NCBI RefSeq assembly: GCF_044704955.1
Contig: NC_091987.1
Location: 80,910,001-80,974,000, forward strand
Length of the DNA: 64,000 nucleotides
DNA from: Pristiophorus japonicus
Taxonomy: Eukaryota
Direction of reading: 5' to 3'
The position numbers were made by a program, and so were the translations under genes. The notes under the pieces were generated by a model. The model saw only the letters and a list, made by a program, of their open reading frames with translations. It was not told the DNA's origin and did no database searches. Shown here piece after piece: positions 23,921 to 38,640 of the stretch. Each line of letters opens with the position of its first letter. The stretch's first letter is position 1.

Positions 23921-25680
23921 ATGGGTACATTGCTAGTTCGCCAGTGTCGCCTACTGCATGCTGTTGTTAGGAAGTGTGGAGATAGAAGGGCTGTTGGCCA
24001 TGTCAGACCACGAATGAGGAGAGCCCGTAGATGTCTGGACAGCTGGCCTTGCCCCCCACAGGTTTACAGGCAGCAACGCTCATACCTCAACATCTCTGAG
24101 GAGCAGTGTGTGAAAATGCTGCATTTCCGAAAGGAAGTGCTGACAGAGACATACCATCTCCTACAGGCAGACATGCAGCCTCCCATCGGCACAGGACTGC
24201 ACTGCCCATCGCAGTGAAGGTCTATCAGGTATACAGGTACAACAGGCGGTGAAGAAGGCAAATGGTATGTTGGCCTTCATAGCTCGGGGATTTGAGTATA
24301 GGAGCAGCAAGGTCTTACTGCAGTTATACATGGCCTTGGTGAGGCCTCACCTGGAATATTGTGTTCAGTTTTGGTCTCCTAATCTGAGGAAGGACGTTCT
24401 TGCTGTTGAGGGAGTGCAGCGAAGGTTCACCAGACTGATTCCCCGGATGGCAGGACTGACATATGAGGAGAGACTGGATCAACTGGGCTTGTATTCACTG
24501 GAGTTTAGAAGGATGAGAGTGGATCTCGTCGAAACATATAAAATTCTGAGGGGACTGGACAGGTTAGATGCAGGAAGAATGTTCCCGATGTTGCGGAAGT
24601 CCAGAACCAGAGGACATAGTCTAAGGATAAGGGGTAAGCCATTTAGGATTGAAATGAGGAGAAACTGCTTCACTCAGAGAGTTGTTAACACGTGGAATTC
24701 CCGACCGCAGAGAGTTGTTGATCCCAGTTCATTGGATATATTCAAGTGAGAGTTAGATATGGCTCTTACGGCTAAAGGGATCAAGGAGTATGGAGAGAAA
24801 GCAGGAAATGGGTACTGAGGTGAATGATCAGCCATGATCTTATTGAATGGTGGTGCAGGCTCGAAGGGCCAAATGGCCTACTCCTGCACCTATTTTCTTT
24901 GTTTCCATGTTTCTATGTTTCTATGCCTTCCGCTCCTTCCAGGCTGGATATTGGGACACATATGCAGCATCTCTCAATACGGTGCACATCGCTACATTCG
25001 CCATGCCACAAAGGCGCTCTATGCCCGCAGAATGGACTTCATAACGCTCCTAATGAACAAGGAGAGCTAGAATGAATGGTCAAGTGGGTTTGGCAGGATT
25101 GTGGGTTTTCCGAGGGTTCATTCGACAATGCAAAGATATTCAGAAACTGAAAGGAATACCACTCCCTGAACATACAGCTGGTGTGCGACCACACTCAGTG
25201 CACCCGCACAGTGAATGCCTGCTATCCAGGGAGCGCACACGATGCTTTGATCCTGCGTGAGAGCAATGTGCCATGATTGTTTCAGCCACCATGGCAAGGG
25301 TGAGGCTGGCTACTCAGGGACAAAGGATACAGCCTAGCCACGTAGCTAATGAACCCCCTCCACAACCCCAGCAGACGTGGAGCATCGCTACAATGAGAGC
25401 CGTGCAGCCACCCGCAACATCATCGAGTGGACAATAGGGGCATCCAAGCAGCATTTCCGATGCCTGGACCGTGCTGGAGGCAGTCTTCAATACTCCCCTC
25501 AACAGGTCTCGCAATTTATTGTGGTGTGCTGTATGCTGTACAACTTGGCAATAATGACGGGCCAGGCATTGCCAGTGGGGATTGCAGCCGCACCTCAGGA
25601 GGAGGGCAACGAGGTACCGGAGCCTGGTGAGGCCCTGAATGGCCAGCCACACCCAGAGGAGCATTATCCATGGTGGAGAC
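23921..25680 (+). mobile_element. PIF/Harbinger (HARBI1-like) transposase pseudogene, interrupted by CR1 and Gypsy
   Basis: YLNISEEQC..FRKE, GWLLxDKGY, RYNESRAATRNIIEWTIG..K..FRCLD, IVVCCMLYNLA; stops and frameshifts. Confidence 0.88.
24228..24925 (+). mobile_element. CR1 3' fragment in the Harbinger transposase
   Basis: ORF 24249..24749 is the CR1 ORF2 C-terminus; (TTTCTATG)n tail. Confidence 0.93.
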
Positions 25681-28600
25681 TGTCATGTATTCAATTATCA
25701 TTGTAATACACGTATAAGCTGATCTAAGTTGTACACCTTGAGAACATTGACCACGAGGGCGAACTTGTTGGAGACACTCCTAACCTGGACTTTCCGGTAT
25801 AAAAGGGGAAGCTCCACCCACCATCTGCCTCTTGAGGTCTTGGTAATAAAGGTAACTGGTCACAGAGTAATCTTCTCTCAAGTATGGGCCTCGTGTGCAT
25901 TTATACTGTATAGTAAGGACATATTATTGGCGACGAGAAACTCGGATTGAAACCATGCGAGCATGGCCACTAGCAGCATAGAAGAGAGGTACTGTGTTGG
26001 TGCTGATTGGGACGACTTTATTGAAAGACTACAGCAAAGTTTTGTCACTAAGGAATGGTTGGGACAGGATTCGGCCGGCAAACGCAGGGCTCATCTCCTG
26101 ATGGTTTGTGGATCCAGAACGCACTCCCTGATGAAGGACCTTCTAGCGCCAGAGAAGTCGGCGGACAAGACATTCGAAGAGCTCGGTAAGTTCATGTGCA
26201 TGCTGCTCACCTTAAACCGGCGAGCAGCATGCACATGGCGAGACACCAGTTTTACATGCACCGGCGGCGAGAAGGGCAAAGCGTTCCAGACTTCGTGGCA
26301 GATATCCGTCGACTGGTGAGCCTATGTAAGTTCCCAGATGCATGCAGAGCGGAGATGCTGCGAGACTTTTTTATTGAGGGCATCGGGCACGCTGGGGTTT
26401 TCAGGAAACTGATTGAGACCAAAGACTTGACCTTGGAAGCAGTGGCTCTGATAGCCCAGACAATTATCTCAGGGGAGGAAGAGACCAGAATGATTTATGG
26501 CAAAAATCTTGGCTCAAATGTGGCAAACGACCAGGGAGTCAACATTGTTAACGCAGCACACAGTTCTCTAGGCAGACAAGGCAATCGGACATGCCCCAGC
26601 ATGCAGTCGAACCCAAAGGGGAAATTCAACAGAGACAATGGCTAGCTGATTGGCGATCCATGCCATCGCAATGGACAATGCGGCCAGTAATGGGGCCATC
26701 AACACCTGTTAATGGTGCGCTTAAGGACAGTTACAGATACAGTCAGAGATGATCGACTGGTAATGGACCTTTTGTTTCCAACAACGGGGCCTCGAGCTCA
26801 TGCTGGAAGTGTGGAGGCAAACACCCAGCCAGAGCTTGCAGGTATCAGCAATATACATGCAGAAACTGCAACGTCAGCGGTCACTTGGGGCATATGTGCA
26901 GGAAGCCTTCAGCCAGGTTGATGTACGAGGAGGACGGGCCCGATGTAAGCCCTACGAGGCCAAATGAATACTGGGGGAAATCGCTGGAAGCTGAAATTCA
27001 GCGAGTTCATGTGGAGCACATAAGAACATAAGAACATAAGAATTAGGAACAGGAGTAGGCCATCTAGCCCCTCGAGCCTGCTCCGCCATTCAACAAGATC
27101 ATGGCTGATCTGGCCGTGGACTCAGCTCCACTTACCCGCCCGCTACCGGTAACCCTTAATTCCCTTATTGATTAAAAATCTATCGATCTGTGACTTGAAT
27201 ACATCGAATGAGCTAGCCTCAACTGCTTCCTTGGGCAGAGAATTCCACAGATTCACAACCCTCTTGGAGAAGAAATTCCTTCTCAACTCGGTTTTAAATT
27301 GGCACCCCCGTGTTTTGAGGCTGTGCCCCCTAGTTCTAGTCTCCCCGACCAGTGGAAACAACCTCTCTGCCTCTATCTTGTCTATCCCTTTCATTATTTT
27401 AAATGTTTCTATAAGATCTCCCCTCATCCTTCTGAACTCCAATGAGTAAAGACACAGTCTATTCAATCCATCATCATAAGGTAACCCCCTCATCTCCGGA
27501 ATCAGCCTAGTGAATCGTCTCTGTACCCCCTCCAAAGCTAGTATATCCTTCCTTAAGTAAGGTTACCAAAACTGCACGCAGTACTCCAGGTGCGGCCTCA
27601 CCAATACCCTATACAGTTGCAGAAGGACCTCCCTGCTTTTGTACTCCATCCCTCTCGCAATGAAGGCCAACATTCCATTTGCCTTCCTGATTACCTGCTG
27701 CACCTGCAAACTAACTTTTTGGGATTCATGCACAAGGACCCCCAGGTCTCTGCACCGCAGCATGTTGTAATTTCTCCCCATTCAAATAATATTCCCTTTT
27801 ACTGTTTTTTTTCCCAAGGTGGAAGACCTCACACTTTCCGACATTGTATTCCATCTGCCAAACCTTAGCCCATTCGCTTAACCTATCTAAATCTCTTTGC
27901 AGCCTCTCTGTGTCTTCTACACAACCTGCTTTCCCACTAATCTTTGTGTCATCTGCAAATTTTGTTGCACTGCACTCTGTCCCCTCTTCCAGGTCATCTA
28001 TGTATATTGTAAACAGTTGTGCTCCCAGCACCGATCCCTGTGGCACACCAATAACCACCGATTTCCAACCTGAAAAGGACCCATTTATCCTGACTCTCTG
28101 CTTTCTCTTAGCCAGCCAATTCTCTATCCATGCTAATACATTTCCTCTGACTCCGCGTACCTTTATCTTCTGCAGTAACCTTTTGTGTGGCACCTTATCG
28201 AATGCCTTTTGAAAATCTAAATACACCTCTATCCACCATGCTCGTTATATCCTCAAAGAATTCCAGTAAATTAGTTATACATGATTTCCCCTTCATGAAT
28301 CCATGCTGCATCTGCTTGATTGCACTATTCCTATCTAGATGTCCCACTATTTCTTCCTTAATAATAGTTTCAAGCATTTTCCCCACTACAGATGTTAAAC
28401 TAACCAGCCTATGGTCACCTGCCTTTTGTCTGCCTCCTTTTTTAAACAAAGGCATTACATTAGCTGCTTTCCAATCCGCTGGTACCTCCCCAGAGTCCAG
28501 AGAATTTTGGTAGATTATAACGAATGCATCTGCTATAACTTCCGCCATCTCTTTTAATACCCTGGGATGCATTTCATCAGGACCAGGGGACTTGTCTACC

Positions 28601-31600
28601 TTGAGTCCTATTATCCTGTCCAGCACTACCCCCCTAGTGATACTGATTGTCTCAAGGTCCTCCCTTCCCACATTCAAGTGACCAGCAATTTTTGGCATGG
28701 TTTTTGTGTCTTCCACTGTGAAGACCGAAGCAAAATAATTGTTTAAGGTCTCAGCCATTTCCACATTTCCCATTGTTAAATCCCCCTTCTCATCTTCTAA
28801 GGGACCAACATTTACTTTAGTCACTCTTTTCTGTTTTATATATCTGTAAAAGCTTTTACTATCCGTTTTTATGTTTTTCGCAAGTTTACCTTCGTAATCT
28901 ATCTTTCCTTTCTTTATTGCTTTCTTAGTCATTCTGCTGTCGTTTAAAATTTTCCCAATCTTCTATTTTCCCACTAACTTTGGCCACCTTATACGCATTG
29001 CTACCAGTGCCACATGCTAGTCAGAGTAGGAATCGCAGGATATCTCAGATGAATACGTGGCTTGAGCAGTGGTGCAGCAGGGAGGGATTCAAATTCCTGG
29101 GGCATTGGAACCGGTTCTGGGGGAGGTGGGACCAGTACAAACCGGACGGTCTGCACCTGGGCAGGACCGGAACCAATGTCCTCGGGGGAGTGTCGTTTGA
29201 GACACTACTTCCTCACCCTCAATCTGTATTACAAATTCAACCATACTGTGATCACTCATTCCGAGAGGATTTTTTACGAGGAGATCGTTTATTATTCCTG
29301 TCTCATTACACAGGACCAGATCTAAGATAGCTTGCTCCCTTGTAGGTTCTGTAACATACTGTTCTAAGAAACAATCCCGTATGCATTCTATGAATTCCTC
29401 CTCCAGGCTACCCCGTGCGATTTGAGTTGGCCAATCGATATGTAGGTTAAAATTCCCCATGATTACTGCCGTTCCTTTTTCACATGCCTCCATTATTCCC
29501 TTGATTATTGCCCGCCCCACCGTGAAGTTATTATTTGGGGGCCTATAAACTACACCCACCAGTGACTTTTTCCCCTTACTATCTCTAATCTCCACCCACA
29601 ATGATTCAACATTTTGTTCATTCGAGCCAATATCGTCTCTCACAACTGCCCTGATATTATCTTTATTAACAGAGGTACCCCACCTCCTTTCCCTTCTTGT
29701 CTATCTTTCTAAATCGTCAGATACCCTTGTCTGTTTAATTCCCAGTCTAGGCCACCCTGCAACCACGTTTCTGTAATGGCAGACATATACAGTTCATAAA
29801 CCAAGACGCCACCGATAATGATGAAAGTGCTCCTCAATGGCATCCCAGTATTAATGGAGCTAGATATGGGGGCCAGCCAGTCCTTGATGAGTATCAAACA
29901 GTTCGAAAGGTTGTGGGTGTCCAAGGCCAGGAGGCCAAAATTATTGCAGATTGACGGACAACTACCGACATATACAAAGGAGATCATTCCGGTGCTAGGC
30001 AGCGCCACGGTAGTCGTGACACACAAAGATTTGGAGAACAGGTTGCCACTCTGGATTGTCCCGGGGGACGGTCCCGCACTACTGGGGAGGAGTTGGCTTG
30101 CTGTCATGAACTGGAAATGGGGCGATGTCAATGCAATTTCTTCTGTGGAGCGAGTATCATGCTCACAGGTCCTGGACAAATTTGACTCATTATTTCAACC
30201 CGGCATCGGCACTTTCATGGGGACCAAGGTAGTGATTCACATGAACCCGGATTCCAGGCCAGTACACCACAAGGCCAGAGCGGTGCCGTACGTGATGTGG
30301 GAAAGGATAGAATGCGAATTGGACCGCCTGCTGAGGGAAGGCATCATCTTGCCAGTTGAATTCAGTGACTGGGCGAGCCCGATCGTGCCGGTGCTCAAGG
30401 CGGATGGGTCGGTCAGGATATATGGTGATTACAAGACCACCATCAATCGGGTGTCACTCCAAGACCAGTACCCACTACCGAGAGTGGAGGACCTCTTTGC
30501 GATGCTATCCGGTGGCAAACTTGTTTCAAAATTGGACCTGACCTCAGCTTACATGACCCAGGAGCTGGCGAGTGAGTCGAAGAAGCTGACCACCATCACG
30601 ACACACAAGGGGTTGTTTGAGTATAACAGATGTCTGTTCGGGATTCGTTCGGCCGCCGCAATCTTTCAGCGAAATATGGAAAGCCTCCTCAAGTCGATTC
30701 CAAGGTCGATGGTTTTTCAAGACGATATCCTCATCACGGGTCGCGATACTGAAGAACACCTCCACAACCTGGAGGAGGTGCTATGCAGACTGGACCGGGT
30801 AGGGCTGCGACTGAAAAAGGCGAAGTGCGTCTTCTTAGCTCCAGAGGTAGAATTCCTGGGGAGGAGGGTTGCAGCAGACGGGATCAGACCAACTGCGTCC
30901 AAAACGGAAGCGATCCAGAGAGCACCCAAACCCTGTAACACGACGGAGCTGCGTTCGTTCCTGAGGCTCCTGAACTATTTTGGTAACTTTCTTCCCAAAT
31001 TGAGCATGCTGTTAGAGCCGCTACACGTGCTCCTACGTAAAGGCCGCGATTGGGTCTGGGGGAACAGCCAGGAAAGGGCTTTTGATAGAGGACGCAATTT
31101 GTTATGCTCCAACAAACTGTTAACATTATATGACCCGTGTAAGAAACTTGTTTTAACGTGCGATGCGTTGTCCTATGGGGTCGGGTGTGTGTTGCAGCAT
31201 GTGAATGCCAATGGTCAGCTACAGCCGGTAGCTTATGCCTCCAGAAGTCTGTCCCAGGCAGAAAGGGGCTATGGGATAGTAGAAAAAGAAACACTGGCAT
31301 GTGTATAAGCAGTAAAAAAATTGCACCAGTTCCTGTTTGGCAGGAAATTTGAGCTGGAGACAGATCACAAACCCCTAACGTCCCTCTTGGCTGACAACAA
31401 GGCCATAAATGCGAATGCATCGGCCTGCATACAGAGGTTAGCCGCCAATGACTACACAATTCGGCACAGACCAGGCACTGAAAACTGTGCCGATGCACTC
31501 AGCAGGTTCCCACTAGCCACCACTGAGGGGGCAACTGAGCATGATGCTGAGATGGTCATGGCTGTTGAAGCTTTCGAAAGCGAAGGCTCACCTGTGACAG

Positions 31601-33194
31601 CCCGTCAGATTAAAGTCTGGACAAATAAAGTCCCGCTATTGTCTTTAGTTAATAAATGTGTCCTGAATGGGACTGGGCAGCCAAGTACGGGGCATGCCCT
31701 GAGGAGTTTAAACCGTTTCATAGGCGCAAGGATGAACTCTCGATTCAGGCCGATTTCCTACTGTGGGGAAACCGAGTAGTCATGCCCCAGAAGGGCAGAG
31801 AGGTGTTTATCAGAGAACTTCACAATGAGCACCCGGACATTGTCATGATGAAGGCAATTGCCAGGTCACACATTTGGTGGCCAGGGATAGATGCAGACCT
31901 GGAACTTTGTGTTCGCAGGTGCAACACGTGTGCTCAGCTGGGCAACATATCCAGGGAAGCCCCCCTTAGCTCCTGGTCCTGGCCAGCCAAGCCAAGGTCA
32001 CGCATCCATGTGGACTATGCAGGTCCTTTCATGGGAAAAATGTTTTTGGTTGTAGTAGACGCCCACTCCAGATGGATTGAGTGTGCCATTTTAAATTCAA
32101 GCACATCCTCTGCCGCAGTAGAAAGTCTACGGGCAATGTTCGCTGCTCATGGTCTACTGGATGTCTTGGTCAGCGACAATGGCCCGTGCTTCACAAGCAC
32201 TGAATTCCAGGACTTCATGGTAGGCAATGGAATCAACCATGTCAGAACGGCACCGTTCAAGCCAGCCTCAAACGGCCAGGCGTAACGAGCAGTGCAGATA
32301 ATCAAACTGGGGATGCTCAGAATCCAAGGGGGTTCCCTACAAAGCCACTTATCACGCCTCCTGTTGGCCAATAGATCCCGACCACACTTGCTCACAGGGG
32401 TTCCAGCCACAGAACTGCTAATGAAAAGGACGCTCAAAACCAGGTTATCCCTTATACACCCTACTATGAAAGAAATTGTTGAGAGCAGGCGTCAGTCACA
32501 ATGTGACTACCATGACAGGAATGCGAGGGCGCGATGTATTGATGTCAATGACCCTGTTTTTTGTCCTTAATTTCACTGCAGGGCCCAAATGGCTTGCAGG
32601 CACTGTGATTGCCAAAGAGGGGAATAGGGTTTTGGTAGTTAAACTTACCAATGGACAAATCTGCCGCAAACACGTGGATCAAACTAAAAGGAGGTTCAGC
32701 AACCCCATAGAAGAAGCAGAGGAAGAACACGACATAGAGTTTACTCCACCACAGGTGACCGAACACCGGAACTAAGTGGAGGAGAGCCCAGTCACTGTGG
32801 GCAGTCCGGACAGGCCTGAGGCACCGCAAACAGCAGAAACTCAGGCCAGCGCCCAACAACCGGAGCCCCAACTCATGCGCTCTACAAGGGAGCGTAAACC
32901 ACCAGAGAGACTTAACCTGTGATCCCAATAAGACTTTGGGGGGAGGTGATGTCATGTATTCAGCTACCATTGTAACCCATCTATAAGCTGACCTAAGTTG
33001 TACACCTTGAGAACATTGACCACAAGCGGTGAACTTGGGGGAGACACTCCTAACCTGGACTTTCAGGTATAAAAGGGAAGCTCCACCCACCTTCATCACT
33101 TGGGGTCTTGGTAATAAAGGTAACTGGTCACAGAGTGACCTTCTCTCAAGTATGGGCAACGTGTGCATTTATACTGTATAGTAAGGACTTATCA
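25681..33194 (+). mobile_element. Gypsy LTR retrotransposon, decayed, with nested CR1
   Basis: LTRs 25681-25926 and 32950-33194, perfect TSD GAGAC, PBS TGGCGACGAG, PPT, 496-aa PR-RT-RH ORF 29818..31308, integrase 31656..32285. Confidence 0.95.
27023..29782 (-). mobile_element. CR1 LINE with an internal inverted ORF1 (SGNH esterase-like) fragment
   Basis: Minus-strand APE and RT ORFs, (TTCTTATG)n tail, ACATA at both junctions; plus-strand ORF1 piece at about 28998-29193. Confidence 0.92.
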
Positions 33195-34830
33195 GAGACA
33201 GCGTGGCAATGCTGCCGGTGCAAGCGCCACACGTCAGTGGCTCATAATGCATTGGTTCTCTTGAATGGTGGAAGCTGAGAGATGCAGCTATTACTGACCA
33301 CACTATGTACTATGATAATGGCACATCTCCGTGAAAGTCCACAATCATACACAAGGCGCCAAAGCAAAACGGTTAAATTAACATTTTATTAACAACTCCA
33401 ATGTAGTCACCTCAAACAACATGACAAAATCCCTCTCCAGCAAGTAAAAAAAACACAATGTCCTGTTGGAACACCATTAAATATAACGAGCTTAAACAAT
33501 AGCTGGTCAAAGGCCCCTTCCATTAGTCATCCCACAGCAGCATCCATGTGGCATATTAGGCACAAACACTCACAATAGGATGTGTCCAACAATGCAATGA
33601 CATATTTACAACCATTATTTACATGATGAGGACATCTGTCCATAGTGGCCAAAGTCTCCAGTCAGATTTCCTACGGCATTTGCCATTTCTTAACTTGACC
33701 CCTCTCCCTCCCATGCCTAGTTGCCTTAATGTTGCCTCAGTGCCTACAGCAAGGTTGCTTGAGGGCTATTGTGTGAGTGGGGGAGGCACTCCAGACAGCC
33801 TAGCAGGATGCCCTGGACCAGCTCTGGGCCTGGAAGGCCTGGCTGCGGACTCCACTGCCTCAGCATCGGTGACAGCTATCTCAGATGGCTCGGGTGCAGA
33901 CCACAGCGGGTGCAAAGGCAGAGTTGCAGTGGTGGGAGCCGGAATGCTGTCATCTTGAGCCAAAGCAGCACTTTCCATTTCCAGCAGCCAACTGCCACTT
34001 ACCCGGGGTGGAGCCTCAGCATCCGGAGCGAAATGTGTGAGCACACATTGCTGGCCTGCATCGGCACCGTCACTTCCCCGTTAGACTGTGAGAAACACAG
34101 AGAGGATGGCAGCAGTCAGTGTGTGCATGGCATAACTCTGCAACTGATTCAGAGCACACTGAGCCTGAAACGCAGCAGTCTGCGAGTTTATGCCAGCAAT
34201 AACGGACAGCATCATATCACGGAGTCCTTGCATGGCTTGGCCCTATGATGGCTGCTGCCACGCCAACCATGGCAGGCGCCATCCCCCCCGGGACTCCACT
34301 ATCGCTCGTTGGGCCCTTCTCCCTTTGTAAGTTGGCAAGGATGGGCTCGCTAGACTGCTAAGAGGCACGGGCAATGCTTGAGGTGGCCTCCCCCAAACTC
34401 AGAGCAAGTGCATCGATGCTCTGCGGGACTTTCTCCAATGCACCCATGAGGTCGTGGTGCATTTCCGCAACCTCCCTGGACATAGCCACCAAGTCCAGGT
34501 CCACGTCTGCCTGTCTCTGAGTGGGACACCTTGGCCGACTCACCCTCCAGGAAGCTGGCCTCCGAGCTTCCCATCCCGCTGGGTGTTGCTGTAGGCCATG
34601 GGACCAGGAGCATCAGACTCTGTGAATCCCAGGAACTCAGGGTCTTCGACCGATGTGGTGACCCCAGTCGGTGGGCAGGATGGAGTGTCCCACTCAGTCA
34701 CCAAACTATCATCCCCTCCCTCGTCATCTCCCCCGTCGGCTGATGTTGACAGATCAGGGGCAGGTTGCTGCGCTTCTGGCTCATCATCTTTAAGCACAAA
34801 GCAACAGAAGTGTGGTTAGCAGCAGGGGAG
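33195..34830 (-). mobile_element. Harbinger relic: 3' exons of the second (Myb-type) ORF, convergent with the transposase
   Basis: Low-complexity and coiled-coil-like minus-strand ORFs tail-to-tail with the transposase; identified by arrangement, not by a strong motif. Confidence 0.45.
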
Positions 34831-37800
34831 GGGGGCAGGGAGATAAAAGGAAGGTGGCATTGGACATTTATAGATAAAGGGGGCAGGCCATTTGCTATCA
34901 AGGATCACGGATCTCACATAAGTCGCAAAAGCCATTCACATACCTTCACTATCCACAGGGGGCTCTGCTTCGCCGCCCATTACCATGCCAACTGGTGTGA
35001 CCAGGAGGGCGATACTCAAGGAATAGCTTTACACAGGGACTGCTGAAAGAACAAAGAACAGACAAAGACAACATGCCCTGTGTCCGAGAGTTTCCAGGGA
35101 ATAAGCATGCCTAGAAACTTAACGGATTACACTCCGCAGATAGTATATAATCAATACAATAAGTGTTAATATTATTTGGATAAATAAGATTGACATAGAA
35201 GTCATTCTGTACAATGGGTGTACAACTGCTACTTCCTAGAGCCATAATCTCGCTCTGTGTTCTATCATTGCTTTCCCGAGTTGGATATTGTTAGTAGGGA
35301 AACTCAGAAATGAAGATTTTCCCCTTTCTTGTAGTCCATTCATTTGAGGGAGAGGAGCAACCTCTGACCCCTTAGTCAAATTCAATTCACTGTTCCAGTG
35401 TTCTAATTCTGCCCCGCCTGGGGTACCCTCTGTTTTTTGAGTTCTTTTCTGATCTTACCCCACCTGGCGTCTCTTCTACGTTGCTTACTTCAGATGGAGG
35501 AATTCTGTCCGACTTCTCATTTTATCATGATATTGGCTAGCCCTCTTCATCTGGATTAGCAGTAGCATGCCCAGATCAATTCACTAACTCTGATATCCAT
35601 ATGCTGTATCATTAGAATTTGGAGAACTATCAGAGCGTGTGAAATAGTACGAACCCAAGGGTGTGCTGAAATATTGTGCCATATAATTGTGCAGCTGAAA
35701 CTTAAGTATATAATTTACCGTTGGTTTCACTTGAACCTAGGTTTTGAAACAGGTCCTGTTAGACCTGTAAAGCATGGTACAGGAGGCAACACTAAATCCA
35801 CCTCACACTGGATTCGTACTGACATTTCCCACACTCTGTTACCTACAAAACACAATTAAAGATATAATTCAGTCTCATAATCATTGGTACGTCGATTAAG
35901 TACATATATTTTGAGCGACAATGATGCAGACAAAGAAAACAGACATTGTAAAGAAAGCTAAAGTTTAACCACAAATCAACAAGTCATGGACTTAAAAAAG
36001 TCTCCAGATCTCACTTTTACTCGTATCCATCTTGTGGATAATTCTTGCGAAATTTCAATCCCTCTAACAGGTGCCAGTACGTTTAACTCTATCCAGATTT
36101 TTTTCATTCATTAGATAGTTTCTCGAAGGAATATGTGCCAATGCATGAAAACTTGTCTCACTTCCTGAGCCATATTAACCATTTCATGTCTTGCCGTTGT
36201 CAAGTAACTGAGCATATCTGAGACCCGTTCTTCAGTGCAAATTCACCATGCATTTCTGCATGCTAATTGCTTCAGATACTACCAATCATATCTGCAGACT
36301 CACACCGGTATCTCGATACTGTCCGATGCATGCCATCTTGGGCTTTCAGGTGATCTTATCAAAAGATTGTCTGGAGATCTTTGCTCATCTTCCACTGCAT
36401 GTTCCCAATGTCTTGGGTAGCGGACAGGATATCAATGTTGTTTTCTTACAAAGGTTCATAGGCAAGGACACAAATGTTTCCAAGAGAAAATTATCAATTT
36501 ACTATTCTTAACTATACTTTCCTGACTTTCACTAGAATGTTAGAAAAATTCCCACTTGGTGGTGTGCTTTCCCTGTTTCTATTTTGCATCTCAAATGGGA
36601 CTTCCCATTAATTACTATTCATATCTCATGAGCTCTGGAGTAACCTTACTGTCCAATACAAAATTAAAGATAGAAAACATAGATCAAACGTTCCCACTTG
36701 GACCAAGTTATTAACACTTTTAAAAATTCTTTATACCCAGCTATAATGTTTCAAACTTATCACAAATCCACTCAGCAGTATTGTTGCACTCACAGGTTTT
36801 GTCAATGTTCAATTTTATTTCCCCACAAACTTTTCTCTTTATACACAGCAATTACCCCCATAAACTTCAGTTAGATTTTCCTTTCTCGAGTGTTTGAATT
36901 GTAGCTCTACTTAAGAGCCCAGAATAGTCACTTAAAATTAAGAAGCTTAAATTAATAATGTCCAATATCTTTAAAATTTCATTCAGCAATTCAAAAGTGG
37001 TTCCTTGTTGAATTAAGAAAACACCTGTTTTTGTATTTAACAAACATCATACACATTCTACACAAAAGGAAAAAGAGGGCAGAGTTTCCCGTAGCTTCAA
37101 GAAATTCATGCAGGCTTTTTTTTAAAAGCACAGGATCTCACCATTCTCCTTTTTTTATCCCATTCATAGACTAAGTTTAATATCTTTCAACTCAATGTAA
37201 TCAATGATTGAGTTTTTTGACAAGTAAGTTCGCGTCTCCGACTTCCAATAATCAAATTGAAAAGACAGTATTTTGTTACGATTCGAATTGATTTAAAATG
37301 AGACCACACATTTTTAATTTAAACTATATAAGACCATAGCAACTTTTACTGCAATCCAATTAAAACGTTCAACTTCATTTTTTTTAGCAACTGTTACTTC
37401 AAGGCTGAAGTTTATTTCTTTTGTTAAACAAACCATCTTTTGTGCATTTCATAGCTCCGTAAAGTCATAATTAAAATAAAGCTGCACCAAGTTTCTAATG
37501 TAATTCAATTCTAGGTGCATAATGTACATTTTAACACTCAATTTATCCACACTTTCGTAAAACTTCCCACATCCATGACAAAAGGGTTAAAAAAAACTTT
37601 CAGCTCTCTCTCCGAAAGGATGGGGGGAGCTGAAACAAACATGCAGACACACCATTTTTCTTTTACAAGACAGGCTTTCAGACAAATGAAAAATTCTTTA
37701 GTTCCCACACAAATACATACACTTTCATACAAACTGAAAACTTTTAAGCAACATACTTTAAGGTTCCTTTCACTTAATAATTTTATGTCTTTTTTTTCAC

Positions 37801-38129
37801 TCGGCAGAAAAGCTGGCAGCTTAGGTGTCAGTTTCAACTTTAATTTTTTTTTTTTTTCGTCTCTTAAACAAATGTCTCAGCAGCTTATTCACTAATTCCC
37901 TGTTTTTTTCCCTTCCTTTGCTGAGTTCTCAAAATTGTTAGCATGCATTTGAGATCTTTTTGTCTCTGTATCTCCCACTCCTCTATCTCCCACTGTTTTT
38001 GCTTCTCGGAAGAGGTTTTCACCCCCTTGTCATCATATGCCTAAATGCTAACTATGGCACTCATAGAGTCCTGTAAATGCATCATCACTGTACACCGATC
38101 TTCACCCCCCGACAGCGACATTCCCCTCT

Positions 38130-38640
38130 GAAAATCTGCAGCCCGCCCGGCGATGCTAAAACCTGTTGTTTCCCGGTGGTCCAGTGAGGCTGTGGCCTTC
38201 TGCAATGGCGGCGCAGCTTCCCTTAAAGGGGAGGTGCACTGCTGCTGCCGCCATGTTTTTTTTGTCGGCCCAACAATTATGTCTCCAGGTTCAGCCGGGC
38301 TGCCAGCAGGCAGCCTGGCATCCCCTCAGGAATCTCTCCCTGGTGGCCCTGTGGGTCAAAATTTTATAATTGCGAAGGCTTTCTCCTTTAAGTGAGAGCG
38401 ACGCTATCGCGGCGGTCACTCCGCACCGCACCCAACTTCCCCCCCTCAGGTGATGCCACCGGCGCGTATCCACCCTTTCCATGTAGTCACTGCCCCCATT
38501 AAGAGCAATTTCCAGCTCCAAATTAAAAAAAACAAAGAGCGGAATGTTGCTCAAGAGGCGACCTAAACCACAACTGCGGTAAAAACCATTCAAACGGGGT
38601 GCGTGCGCCCTGTTTCGGGTGGGGGGCAATTGCTACCCCA
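38130..38640. mobile_element. GC-rich MITE remnant related to 40826-41506
   Basis: Shares CCTTAAAGGGGAG...GCCGCCATGTT and the terminal GTTTCGGG...CAATT.CTACCCC with 40826-41506. Confidence 0.55.

Noticed and set aside
23921-25680. Host HARBI1 gene
   Set aside because: Fragmented by stops, frameshifts and TE insertions, with a second decayed relative nearby; these are transposon relics.
29818-31308. 496-aa pol ORF as an active or domesticated gene
   Set aside because: It is bounded by premature stops, gag is frameshifted, and a CR1 interrupts the element.
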